Positions 51,931-62,174 of a stretch of DNA of 64,000 nt are shown one piece after another. The notes under the pieces were generated by a model. That model saw nothing but the letters and a program-made list of their open reading frames with translations, searched no databases and was not told where the DNA came from. Both the position numbers and the translations under genes were made by a program. Position 1 is the first letter of the stretch, and each line of letters begins with the position of its first letter. This stretch comes from Marsupella aquatica (Eukaryota > Plantae > Marchantiophyta): the NCBI GenBank assembly GCA_973895155.1, contig OZ316892.1, positions 18,032,357-18,096,356 on the forward strand. Direction: 5' to 3'.

Positions 51931-52267
51931 AGTAGCTGAACAGTTGCGGATGCGCTCTGCTGGAATTACTGATTGTCCCTTGGTGAGCTTGCGGTCCACT
52001 GAGACAGTACTGACCATAGCTGGGGGTGAGCAGACAGTCCATGGACCTATGGCAGGATTGGCCAAGGCTGGACAGATTGTTGAGCAGGAAGGGACTGCTC
52101 AATCTACTGCTAAATAGCAATCATCGGCTATCTCTTCTACCCTACAAAGAGATATTAGGGATTTGGTGGAGAGTTGGGAACCACAGCTTGGCCCTAAGTT
52201 GATAGGGGAGGAGAGACGTCGCATGCATCGATTCCTGAAGAGTTACTGAAATTGTTTTGCATTTAGC

Positions 52268-53616
52268 ATGAAAGATTTGGGGACATTAAATGGTCCTGGT
52301 ATTCAGATTGAATTGGCTAGTGATGCGCCAATCTTTCGTAGGCCATACCGTTATAGTGACATGGAGAGAGCTCTGATTCAAAGCAGAACTCAAGATTTGT
52401 TGGAGACTGGATTGGTGGAGATTTCATATGGGGAGTATGCATCTGCCACAGTGATGCCAGCCAAGAAGGATGTGCATGGTAATTACACAGATAGGCGCAT
52501 GTGTGGTGATTACAGACCCATTAATCGCCAGACAAAATCTGATAGATATGCCATGCCCACACCTGAGGAGATCTTTGATGTTGTGGGGCATGCAAAGGTT
52601 TTCAGTTCATTGGATTTGAGGGCAGGGTACCATCAGCTTCCAATTAGGCATGCTGACAGGTCCAAGACAGCATTCTGGGGGATTGATTCTTATGGCAAAG
52701 ATCGTTTGTATCAGTGGTTATTCTTACCATTTGGGTTGAAGAATGCACCAGCTAAGTTCCAGAGAGTCATGGATCGAATCCTTGCAGGTTTGGATTTTGT
52801 CAGATGTTATATTGATGATATTTTGGTCTATTTTTCTACTGTGGAAGAACATCACAGCACTTGCAGACTATGTTGGAGAGATTGAGAGCACATGGGTTGA
52901 AGCTCCATCCTAGCAAGTGTAAGTTCTTCCAAGACCAGATTGAGTATTTGGGCCACACTATATACCTAGGGGGATTGGGTGTACATCAGACTAAAGTGGA
53001 GGCCATTACACAGATTCCTTGTCCTACTGATGTGAGTAGAGTTTGTGCATTCTTGGGATTGGTGAGCTACTACAGGAGGTATGTTAAAGGATTTAGCCAG
53101 CTTGCTAAACCTTTGACCATACTCACTAAGTTGGATCAGGAATGGATTTGGGGTGATGACCAGGAGCATGCCTTTCAGGAGTTGAAGCAAAGGTTGGCAT
53201 CATCCCCTATTTTGAGAAGACCCATTTCAGGCAGACCATTTCAGCTACACACTGATTGGAGTGGAGTAGGACTTGGAGTAGTGCTGACTCAGAAGGATGA
53301 TGAGGGGAATGAGTTTGTTGTGGCTTATGCCAGTAGATCAAACAATTCAGCAGAGGCTAAGTATAGCTCTTATGAGGGAGAGTATTTGGCAGCAGTGTGG
53401 GCTGTTGCACACTTTCGTTGCTACTTGTTTGGTAACCCCTTCACCTTGATCACTGATCATCAGCCTCTTAAGTGGTTAATGGAGTCTGACAAGCTTACAG
53501 GGAAGCTTGCACGATGGGCATTGTTGTTACAGGAGTATGATTTCCAGATGGTGCATAGGCCTGGAAAAGTGAACTTGGATGCAGATGGATTAAGCCGCAA
53601 TCCATGTACCAGTTAG
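52268..53616 (+). pseudogene. Ty3/Gypsy reverse transcriptase and RNase H (one frameshift near 52860)
   Basis: RMCGDYRPIN, SSLDLRAGYHQ, LPFGLKNAPAKFQR, YIDD (52808-52819), YLGH, FQLHTDWSGVGLG, YSSYEGEYLA, TDHQPL, RWALLLQEYDF, NLDADGLSR. Confidence 0.96.
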
Positions 53617-53989
53617 CAGGATGAGACTGGAGCCAGATGACATGATGAGTCAGATAAGGAGATGGTGCCAGGATGACATGCATCTGCCTTTCTTTGTTGG
53701 GTGTCAGCATACAGTGGATCTGTGGACTCTACCTCATTGGATGGAGTGGATGATGAGTCTTCAGATGTGGATGTTGGTGAGGTAACTTTTGGACAGCAAG
53801 ATATTCACAATGATGTGAGAGTGTTGGAATATCTGCGCACTGGTTCTATTGTTGGCAGTGTTGATGCCAAAGAAAGTGACAGGGTTCTACAAAGAGCCAA
53901 GAGGTTTCGATGGGAGGGAAACCATCTTTTGAGAGTACTGCATGATGGTAGGGTGTTGGTGGTACCAAAACCATCACAACGAGTACATT

Positions 53990-55100
53990 TGGTGCGACAT
54001 GCACACGAGGAGTTGGGTCACTTTGGTGTGAAGCGCACTTATAGCTTGCTGCAGACACAGTATTGATGGCGTGGTATGCACACTCATGTCTAGCAGTTGA
54101 TAGCTAAGTGTGTGGTATGCGATAGAGTGAGAGCATCATTTAATACTCCCACTCCCCAGTTGTACCCGTTATCGATCATGGGTTTGGGATATCGTTGGAG
54201 TTTGGATTTTGCTGGTCCATTACCTCTTACCCAATGCCATAATTGGTATGTTTTGGTCATGGTGGAGCACTTCTCCAAGTGGATTGAGCTAGTGGCGTTG
54301 CCAGATAAAGCCAGTGGAGGAGTTGCTGCTACATTTTTGGATCGCGTACTCAGTCATTTTGGAGCACCAGCTGAGGTGTTGACTGATCAGGGAACTGAGT
54401 TCCGTGGAGAGTTTGAGAGTTTGAGAGTTTGTGTGAACAAGCTTTGATTGATCATCGTACTACCTCTCGTGATCATCCTGAGGCAGATGGATTAGCTGAG
54501 AGAGTTGTGCAAACTGTGAAGAGAGGATTGCGTAAATATGGCTTGCAGGTTGGTCATCTGGGAGATTGGGATCTCCAGCTACCTTGGTTAGCTATGGGCT
54601 ACTGTTTCAGTCGGCAAGCATCACTTGCATCCTTCTCACCTTACTTTTTGCTCTATGGTAGAGAGCCAGATTTGCCAATAGCTATTCGTCGTGATGCTGC
54701 ACCAGTTGTGAACTTGGATGATCCTGATGTTTGGGTCAAGGTGTGTTCAAAGAGAGCATGGGTATTTCAGAGAGTGATGCCCATGGCTTTTGACAACCTT
54801 GCCATTGCCCAACATCGTGATACTTTGAGGTATGCCACTATTCGTGGAGGAGGTTACCGTGCAAGCATTCGATAATTTCATCTTGATGATTATGTTTATT
54901 TGCAGCAGACAGCACTCACAACACTTGATGTGACCGCAGGCCGGACAATCTTACGTGTGCGTGAAGTGTTACCTTCTAGTGTCCTGATGTTGGAGGGACG
55001 CGATGGTATGGTTTGGAAGGATCATGTTTGCAACTGTGCACCATGTCACCTTCCCAACATTGATGGTACAGTAGATCCAAGCTTGGCACATGTTCGTGCT
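53990..55100 (+). pseudogene. DDE integrase
   Basis: HEELGHFG...CVVC (HHCC), WSLDFAGP, LTDQGTEF, HPEADGLAER. An 8-bp duplication near 54420 causes a frameshift, and a few stops are present. Confidence 0.93.
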
Positions 55101-55109
55101 GGCTTGAAA

Positions 55110-55250
55110 TGTATGTTGTGTGGATCTGCTCAGGGAGCAGCTACTATGTTGATTTGTGATAAGTGTTCTAGAGGATGGCACATGTCATGTTTGACACCAC
55201 CATTGTAGGTGATTCCTAGTGGATCATGGTTGTGTCCTCAGTGTCGGTGA
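55110..55250 (+). pseudogene. PHD finger (C4HC3) at the integrase C-terminus
   Basis: CMLCGSAQGAATMLICDKCSRGWHMSCLTPPL*VIPSGSWLCPQCR* has all eight Zn ligands and one internal stop. Confidence 0.9.
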
Positions 55251-55410
55251 AGCCGACTAGTTATCATTTGTGTTCTCTTGGCAAATATGGATTGCAGGTA
55301 GGTGATCGATGGGGCTCACTTGCACCCGGCCTCCTGATCTTCACACCTAAAAAGGTGTATATCAACCTTGTAGAACTCATGGCTAGCTAGAGTTAGGGGA
55401 CCTTACTCCC

Positions 55411-55424
55411 AGCTAGGGGGCGAT
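55411..55424 (+). promoter_or_regulatory. Polypurine tract
   Basis: AGCTAGGGGGCGAT immediately precedes TGTGGG, the LTR start. Confidence 0.7.
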
Positions 55425-56023
55425 TGTGGGTTTTGGACATGTGTGGACATGAGTTCCACTTGTATTCCATTCTCTTGTGTTTGTGATGTGGCAGTGTGAC
55501 TATGTTTGGATGTATGTGACAAGCGATGTATGTTGTGTAGCGATGTGTATGCGCACGACAGCTATCACACCATTCTAGGTAGTGTTAGAGTGTATCGTAC
55601 TATCTAGATCCGTATGTTTGGTATGTGTGCTATATGAGCCAATAAGGTTCCGTCAGGTTTGAGAGGGTACTTCTCACTTGTGAGGCATTGAAAGGTCATC
55701 TTTCAATGTTGAGCCTTGGAGAGAGAGGAGCTTGAGTGGCTATGGTGGCTGTGAGCTCCGCTTGTGTAACGTGGATTCCTTGAGTAGTGCAAGGTGCGTT
55801 GGCTTGACATACGTGTGTGATCGGATCGGTGCGGGATCGTTGGGGTATTGTTGACCAGGATCGTTGTGCCGATTGTATGGAGATTATTGTGGGTTTTGGA
55901 CATGTGTGGACATGAGTTCCACTTGTATTCCATTCTCTTGTGTTTGTGATGTGGCAGTGTGACTATGTTTGGATGTATGTGACAAACGATGTATGTTGTG
56001 TAGCGATGTGTATGCGCACGATA
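55425..56023 (+). repeat. B1-A2-B2 terminal repeat block (LTR B+A followed by a second B)
   Basis: B1 55425-55560 and B2 55888-56023 are both 136 bp and differ at 2 positions. A2 55563-55886 matches A1. Confidence 0.93.
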
Positions 56024-56312
56024 GGGCTCTTAACTCCACCACTTCTCCAGAATTCTGCTTCTCTTTGGCCAATGCCTATTTCAATACTCCAACCTCTTCC
56101 GCTTCCTTGGCCTTGGTGGACAAGGCTCCCTTCAAGTTGGAGATCTCTACGTGAGCTGCTTGGAGAAGCTTAACCTTCTCATGAATGGCCTCCTCCTTGG
56201 CCTTGATCACCTCCTTCATAGACAGGGCACTCTGCTCCAAAGTCTCTACTCTGGCGATGGTCTGCTTGAGAGAATCTCTCAATGCGTGGACTAGCTTGAG
56301 TCCCTCATGGAC

Positions 56313-56612
56313 CCCCTCGCTTACACCCCGGCAGCCCCTTTCGGGGCTTCACCTACTCGTAGGGCGGCCCTTCGTCTCGCGCCCCACGGCTCGCGAGCTC
56401 TTCCTCCTCGCGGCTGCCCCTCGCTTACGCCCCGGCAGCCCCATTCGGGGCTCCGCCTACTCGCGGGGCAGCCCTCCGTCTAGCGCCCCACGGCTCACGG
56501 GCTCCTCCTCCTCACGGTTGCCCCTCGCTTACGCCCTGGCAGCCCCATTCGGGGCTCCACCTACTCGCGGGGCAGCCCTCCGTCTGGCGCCCCACGGCTC
56601 GCGGGCTCCTCC
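56313..56612. repeat. 104-bp GC-rich tandem repeat, about 3 copies
   Basis: cccctcgcttac(a/g)ccc.ggcagcccc.ttcggggct... starts at 56313, 56417 and 56521. Confidence 0.92.
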
Positions 56613-59334
56613 GCCATATTACACCGGGGCCAAGAAAAACTGTCGGGGTCTCCAAATATTAATGGGTGGTATCCCCTTAAGATGCCTAATTTTCTTCTCC
56701 CACAACGACAAGACCCAAGAGAGCAAAGGGTCAATTAAAAAAATAGTTCCTCCCTGGTTCAAATAGCCCCGGCCCTCCAGAGAAACATGAACACACACCG
56801 GGATGATTAACTTTTAAGAAATTAAAAAAAATTGAAAAACTCTTGTGTATATTGGCTTATTTATTTACATGCACCTTGCCAATAACACCTAATGGTGACC
56901 TTTCGAGATGGGGACCCCGTCACAAAAGAAGATAGGGATATTAAAATCACGTTCACCACCGACTGAGAATCTATACCTTTATCATGATACCATTCAGATT
57001 ACGTAATGTTCTAGAAACTTTTCAGAGGATCATGATGATCATTTTCTATGAATACTTGAAATATATTATGGAGATCTTCATTGATGATTTTGCGTTATTG
57101 GGTCAACTATTGATCACTTAATGTATTTGGAAAGAATTATTCAAAAATATAGAGAAGCTCAATTGTGCTTGCACCCAGAAAAATATTTTATTGGAATGAG
57201 ATAAGGCATCATACTCGGACTTGTTATTTTACAATGCGAGATTAAAATTGACAGAGAGAAAGTTTGTGTCATTGTAGAGCTTCAACCACCTCCTAATTTG
57301 AAACAACTTTGAGCCTTTCTAGGACATGTTGGGTATTAATGTCGTTTAATTTATAAGTATGTTGACCTTGCTTAAACAACTCTAACTCAATTACTGAAAC
57401 CATATAAATAATAAGTTTGGATTGAAGAGAGACAAAAAAATATTTCAAAATCTTAAGGATAAACTTATTACAGCCCCTATTCTTTCACTTTCGGAATGGA
57501 AATAAAAATTTTATATTTTTATAGATTCATAAACGTTTTTCATGAGAGAAAATCTCAGTTAGAAAGATAAAAATAATAAGGATCATTTGATTTACTATGT
57601 TTGTAGATAGATGAGAACGACGGAGAAAAATACATAATAACGGAACGAGAAACCTTAGCCATACTTTTTGCTTGCAAGAAATTTTGTCATTATCTTTTGG
57701 GTTACCAGATTATTTTTTATACAAATTATAACTCTCTAAAATATATGAGGGATCTATACATCCGGAAGACTTGCATGTTGAGTACTCTTGGTTCAGGAAT
57801 TTGATTTTGAGATACAAGTTTGTCCTAGCAAGCACCATGAGAATGTTAATTTTTTGTCCAGACTTTTAGGTGGAGAAAATAAGAATAACATTTTTGATGA
57901 TCTCCCAGATGAAAATATCTGGCACATTGAATTAGAAGCTTCAAAGTACTTTAACATTGTTGAGATATTGATTCATGATGTGTTTCTAGAAGGTCTTAAT
58001 GCAAAAAAGAGAACAAATTTTCCGCACAAAGTATGACCCTATACTTTTTAAAATTATTTTATTATATTAATTGATGATTATAGGATGTTGAGTGAGAATT
58101 TACAACTATTCATTACTGAAGAGTAATCATCAAAATATCTAAGAAATAATTTTATAAAACTAATAAATCTTGGAGCACATGCAAAGGTTTTATTGTTGTT
58201 TAAGTTATCAAATCAATTTCATCTATTTTTTAAGGAAATAAAATTTTGGTAAAAAAAATAAGATTAAATTTTTAATTTTTATAAAATATTAAATAAGATT
58301 TTTTGCATTATTATCCTGGAAAAAATCAAGATTGATTTAAAATACAAGCAATGAATGTCAAACAAAATATTGATTTAAATAAAACTTTGATGAAACAAAT
58401 AAACAATCTCTTGCAATCTAATACATTATCAACACGTATGACTCTACCGAATCAAGAAGGAAAAAACTATGGCGAATTGACAACGGATGCTACAATTAGA
58501 TGAAGAACCTAAGCTACTAGGCCCGAAGAAGAAATTCAAGCAGAAGAAGGAAAGCCAAGGTGAAATAGTGAAGGAAACACTCAGGTTGAAGGGAGAATTA
58601 CTATAGAGCCCAACCCCAGAAATCTGATTGAACTCTTACTTGGAAAAGAGTAGTCAACAATTCAAGGGAGAATCGGAAACAAGAGAGAATCCAGCCTAAC
58701 ACACAGAAGAAATATGATTGTTGAATGCAACACTCAATTGACTTCATCCTAGGACATTGCAAAAAGAACAAGAAACACTTGAGCAAAAATCACAAGGACC
58801 TCGCAGAGAGAATCAAACTCAGAACCACCCGAACCAACAAAAAAAGGTCTGGAACAAACACTAAAACAAGGAAAGGAAAAGCAGAAAGCTATGGAGACGA
58901 CAAAAGACCTGAAGAACAAATTCAAGGGGAAAGCAATTGAAGGATCAAGAAGAAACAGAATTGAGAAGTGAGAATTGAGAAAGTGACATTTCTCATAAGG
59001 AATGGAATGACCTAAGCACTCAGGACTACCCTGGGCATTGCCGTTGCACTCCACATTGCCCTGCTGCACGACGTTTCTTGGTAGAAATGGAGTAGACCAA
59101 GGTTGGCTCATTCTGTGTCCTCCCCGTAGCTTTGTTAATACAAGTAACAGAATGCAAGCATACTCCCATTCACATGTGATAGTCCTCCCACAATGCAGGG
59201 CGTCATCTCAGTCGTTGGCATTTGTGTAGGTGCCAACAAGAAGGTTAAGGACCAATGTTATTTAAAAAATGACGCCCATGATATAAAAGGTCCTTTTGAA
59301 CCAAGGGAAAACCTCACCCCGTGGAGATGTAACC

Positions 59335-59575
59335 CCCCCCATCCTTGACATATAAGCCCCCCTAAACCCCATTTAGTGACCCCCCACACCCTTCACATAT
59401 AATCGACACACCTTTGAGACATAAATCCCTTTTATTGACCCCCACCCCCTTTAGACCTAACCGGCCCACCCTTGACATATAAACCCCCCTAAACCCGCTT
59501 TAGTAGTGACCCCCCACACCCTTCACATATAACCGGCCCACCCTTGAGACGTAAACCCCCCCTAAACCCACTATG
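59335..59575. repeat. C-rich compound tandem repeats
   Basis: ccttgacatataa..ccccctaaaccc / gtgaccccccacacccttcacatataa blocks repeated about twice with sub-repeats. Confidence 0.75.
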
Positions 59576-60499
59576 GAGTATATGAGACATTAGGGCATTT
59601 AGATATTTACTGAGTTTGTATGTGTTCAATATAGTGGGACATAAAGCCCTCATATGCCCATTATCAAATTAAAGCCCACAACTAAACCCTACAACCCATC
59701 ATGTGCGAGAATGTTCACCCTTTCACAAAGTAGGGTGGAAACTTTTGATAGTCTTATCCTAAACCAAAAAGCACTCCCAGTCTTTTGTAGTGTTCATGTG
59801 AACCGGTGCGATGATTCAGAGTCATTTGAAGTTGCAAAAAAGGACTTAGTGGCCTTAGTCTTATAAGGTTTGGTCTAAATTGCCCCGGTTTCTACTAGTG
59901 TGGTCGGGTCATAGGAAGGGGTCGCGCTCAAGGTGAACCGTTCGGACCCCTAGATGAACTTTGAGTTATGAGAGCTTGGGTGAGAGCTCCTCTTGGGCCC
60001 AAGACTAACAAATTTTATTTCATGCGCAACGAAAGCTTGGCGCATGAGTTACAATGTAGCCCAAGTGTGGCCTCATGGGACACCCAAGTGACAATAGGTT
60101 TTGAGGGTCTAGACATGAGCATTAGGTTGCCCCGATCACAACGGACTAAGGCACTTTGCTTGCAAACACCTAGCTAGAAAGTTATGGGGATAGCAACTTA
60201 GTTACATGCCCATGCGTGCGGGTTGGGGTCTAGGTCATTTGGGCTGTCTCAAGTTTTATAGTTCAGGGGAAGCTCACCTTGCCCTCACTCATCAGAGTCG
60301 TATTCAAAATAACATGAATCAACTGAAAATTAGAACACAATTTACAACACAGACATCACCTTACCCATCATTCATCATGTTAAGGCATTTGATTTCTCTC
60401 ACTATGATACAGGATTCTTTCCTGAAGGAGGTACTACAAAAGAAAGCAATGAATGCTTAGAAAATTTCTAAATTGAAAGAAACTATTGTATAATATGTT

Positions 60500-61490
60500 T
60501 ATCTGAATAAAAGCTTAAATGTACTTACCATCACAATCACTTGAGAAAGTAAGAGAATAATTTGTGCTACTACCTTTAGGTTCAACGACCACCTTAGTAC
60601 CAATTCCATTTGATAATTACATATTAAACTAATTCTACTAATTCTGTGCAATGAAAGAAGTCACCATAGATGTTAAATTGTCCACAAATTGTTCAAGCTT
60701 CAAGAATTACAACCGAGTTGGTTCTTGAAATTTTGTAGTATCCCTGGACAATGGGGTGACCTACTGTATACACTGTAAACACACCATACAATTCTAATCA
60801 TCAATGATAATTTAAACATCATGGATGCCTGATAATCAAAATTAAATGTACACAAGTTTTCATTTACGTACCACTGATCCATGTGCAGATCTAGTTCCAA
60901 CAAAACTATTGCCTTGATGTTCTCCACTGCCCAAGGATGGAGTGCTTTGCATTGGGGGATTGAATTACTAGGAACAAGTTTTGATATAACAAGACTTGTC
61001 ATTCTTCTTGTTTTCTGAAAACATATTATCACATTGAAAGCAATTGGAGTGTTGATGAGAACTTATCATGTCATTGATCATTCCTATACTAAATGAAAAC
61101 TTGAAATCAAAAGGTAAACAATCTAGGCAGTGAGATGGACAATCTGAAGGTTCTTGTACAACCAATCTTTTATGCTCCAACAACCCCTCCTCTCCCAAAA
61201 TGTTTTTTGTTCACCACTTTTGCCCTCCTTGCTTCATCGGGGCACTCCTTGCAAGCAAAGCAAGACTATCAAAATGATCCATCAGTCGAGCCCATTTCAA
61301 TGGGTCAACATATTTAGGTCCTGGTTTGGAGCGGTCACGTTTACATACATCCTTCCAATAAGTATTTAGTTTTTGACGTTCTCTCTTCAATAACGCCCGA
61401 TAGTGACTAATAAATTTCTTCAAAGACATTGACTGGTTATCTAACTACTCCCAATTTGCCTCCATCAATTTTTGCACATCATTAATTATA
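60500..61490 (-). mobile_element. Possible decayed CACTA transposase-region remnant
   Basis: Fragmented minus-strand ORFs with a KVVVEPKG segment loosely resembling DUF4216; the match is weak. Confidence 0.3.
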
Positions 61491-62174
61491 TTTGTGTTAA
61501 GATATGCAACTAGTTACCTAACCTAACCATGGTTAGGACTATAACTTGTTCCTAACACCTGTATACATAAAGACAAGAGAACAGACACCAAATAGTTGAA
61601 GATTCGACAAATGTTGCATCCTCTCAATTCTCATAGTTATGGATTCCACACATTTTGAACATGTTATCAACACGAGTAGAGACCATGAGCTTGAAATCAA
61701 AATCAAAATGTCAAATACAAAGAGGATGGCCTAGAAAGTAAGTGAAAACATTTTTTTTCAAAAACAATTCACGAATTGAGCAAGGAAGGAAAGTGTGATT
61801 TCACAACAGTGGACTTAATGCGATTCTTGTGGACGAAGGCTTCACACAACAGAATCACAAATTAGCAAGGAGAGCTGAACAGAGCCGGACTAAGGCGCAA
61901 CTTGGAAAGTTTTCCATTCAAGAGAAGTCAAAGATCTGATTCGATCGCAAGAACATGGTAGAAGGAGTTGGGGAAACAAAAACTAAAAGGAAACAAGAAC
62001 ATAAAAAGATTTTCTAGGGATTGAGAAGAAAAATGAGATAGATCAATGAATTACCTAGACTTTGGGTCCAGCAAAAGAAAGACTAAGGAAGGAATGGAGC
62101 CACTTATGTGAAAAGTTGGTAGACAAGAAACCAAATAATCATAATTCACTTAAAATTCCACAAACTGGCCATTG

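Larger units (their letters stand above)
47416..56023 (+). mobile_element. Ty3/Gypsy LTR retrotransposon encoding a C5 DNA methyltransferase and PHD finger, with split/permuted LTRs
   Basis: Domain order is gag-PR-MTase-RT-RH-INT-PHD. Repeats are A1 47416-47745, B1 55425-55560, A2 55563-55886 and B2 55888-56023. TSD GGGC lies at 47412-47415 and 56024-56027, and the PPT ends at 55424. Confidence 0.93.
45717..56924 (-). mobile_element. ~2.6-kb TG...CA-bounded insert (solo LTR or deletion derivative) with 5-bp TSD, itself interrupted by the 47416-56023 element
   Basis: The TSD AAAGA lies at 45712-45716 and 56925-56929, and the termini are TGTCAC...GTCACA. It carries a minus-strand coiled-coil ORF remnant, a (CA)n tract and GC-rich tandem repeats. 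Confidence 0.78.
45290..58100 (+). mobile_element. Old AT-rich Gypsy RT/RNase H remnant (45290-45716 and 56925-58100) split by nested insertions
   Basis: LVKEELDKL...VSLIVIVPKK...VCQDF*KLNAA...FLDDYLSYNQV precedes 45716. KITFTTD...IPFRLRNVLETFQRIMM...IFIDDFA...FLGHVGY follows 56925. Confidence 0.85.

Noticed and set aside
50606-52117. Stop-free MTase ORF as evidence of host domestication
   Set aside because: The RT and RNase H stretches are also free of stops over 200-250 codons, so this is compatible with chance; there is no separate promoter or intron.
48892-55250. Nonsense mutations and transition-biased LTR differences as proof of self-methylation
   Set aside because: Every stop codon is one transition from a sense codon, and host TE methylation gives the same C-to-T bias, so the pattern is not discriminating.
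47416-56023. Classification as a DIRS/Ngaro element because of split repeats and a methyltransferase
   Set aside because: It has a protease, HHCC-DDE integrase, PPT and TSD, no visible tyrosine recombinase, and the MTase is C5-type (PCQ/ENV), not the adenine type of DIRS elements.
56185-56766. 193-aa plus-strand ORF
   Set aside because: It is a by-product of the antisense coiled-coil ORF and GC-rich 104-bp repeats, with no protein motif.
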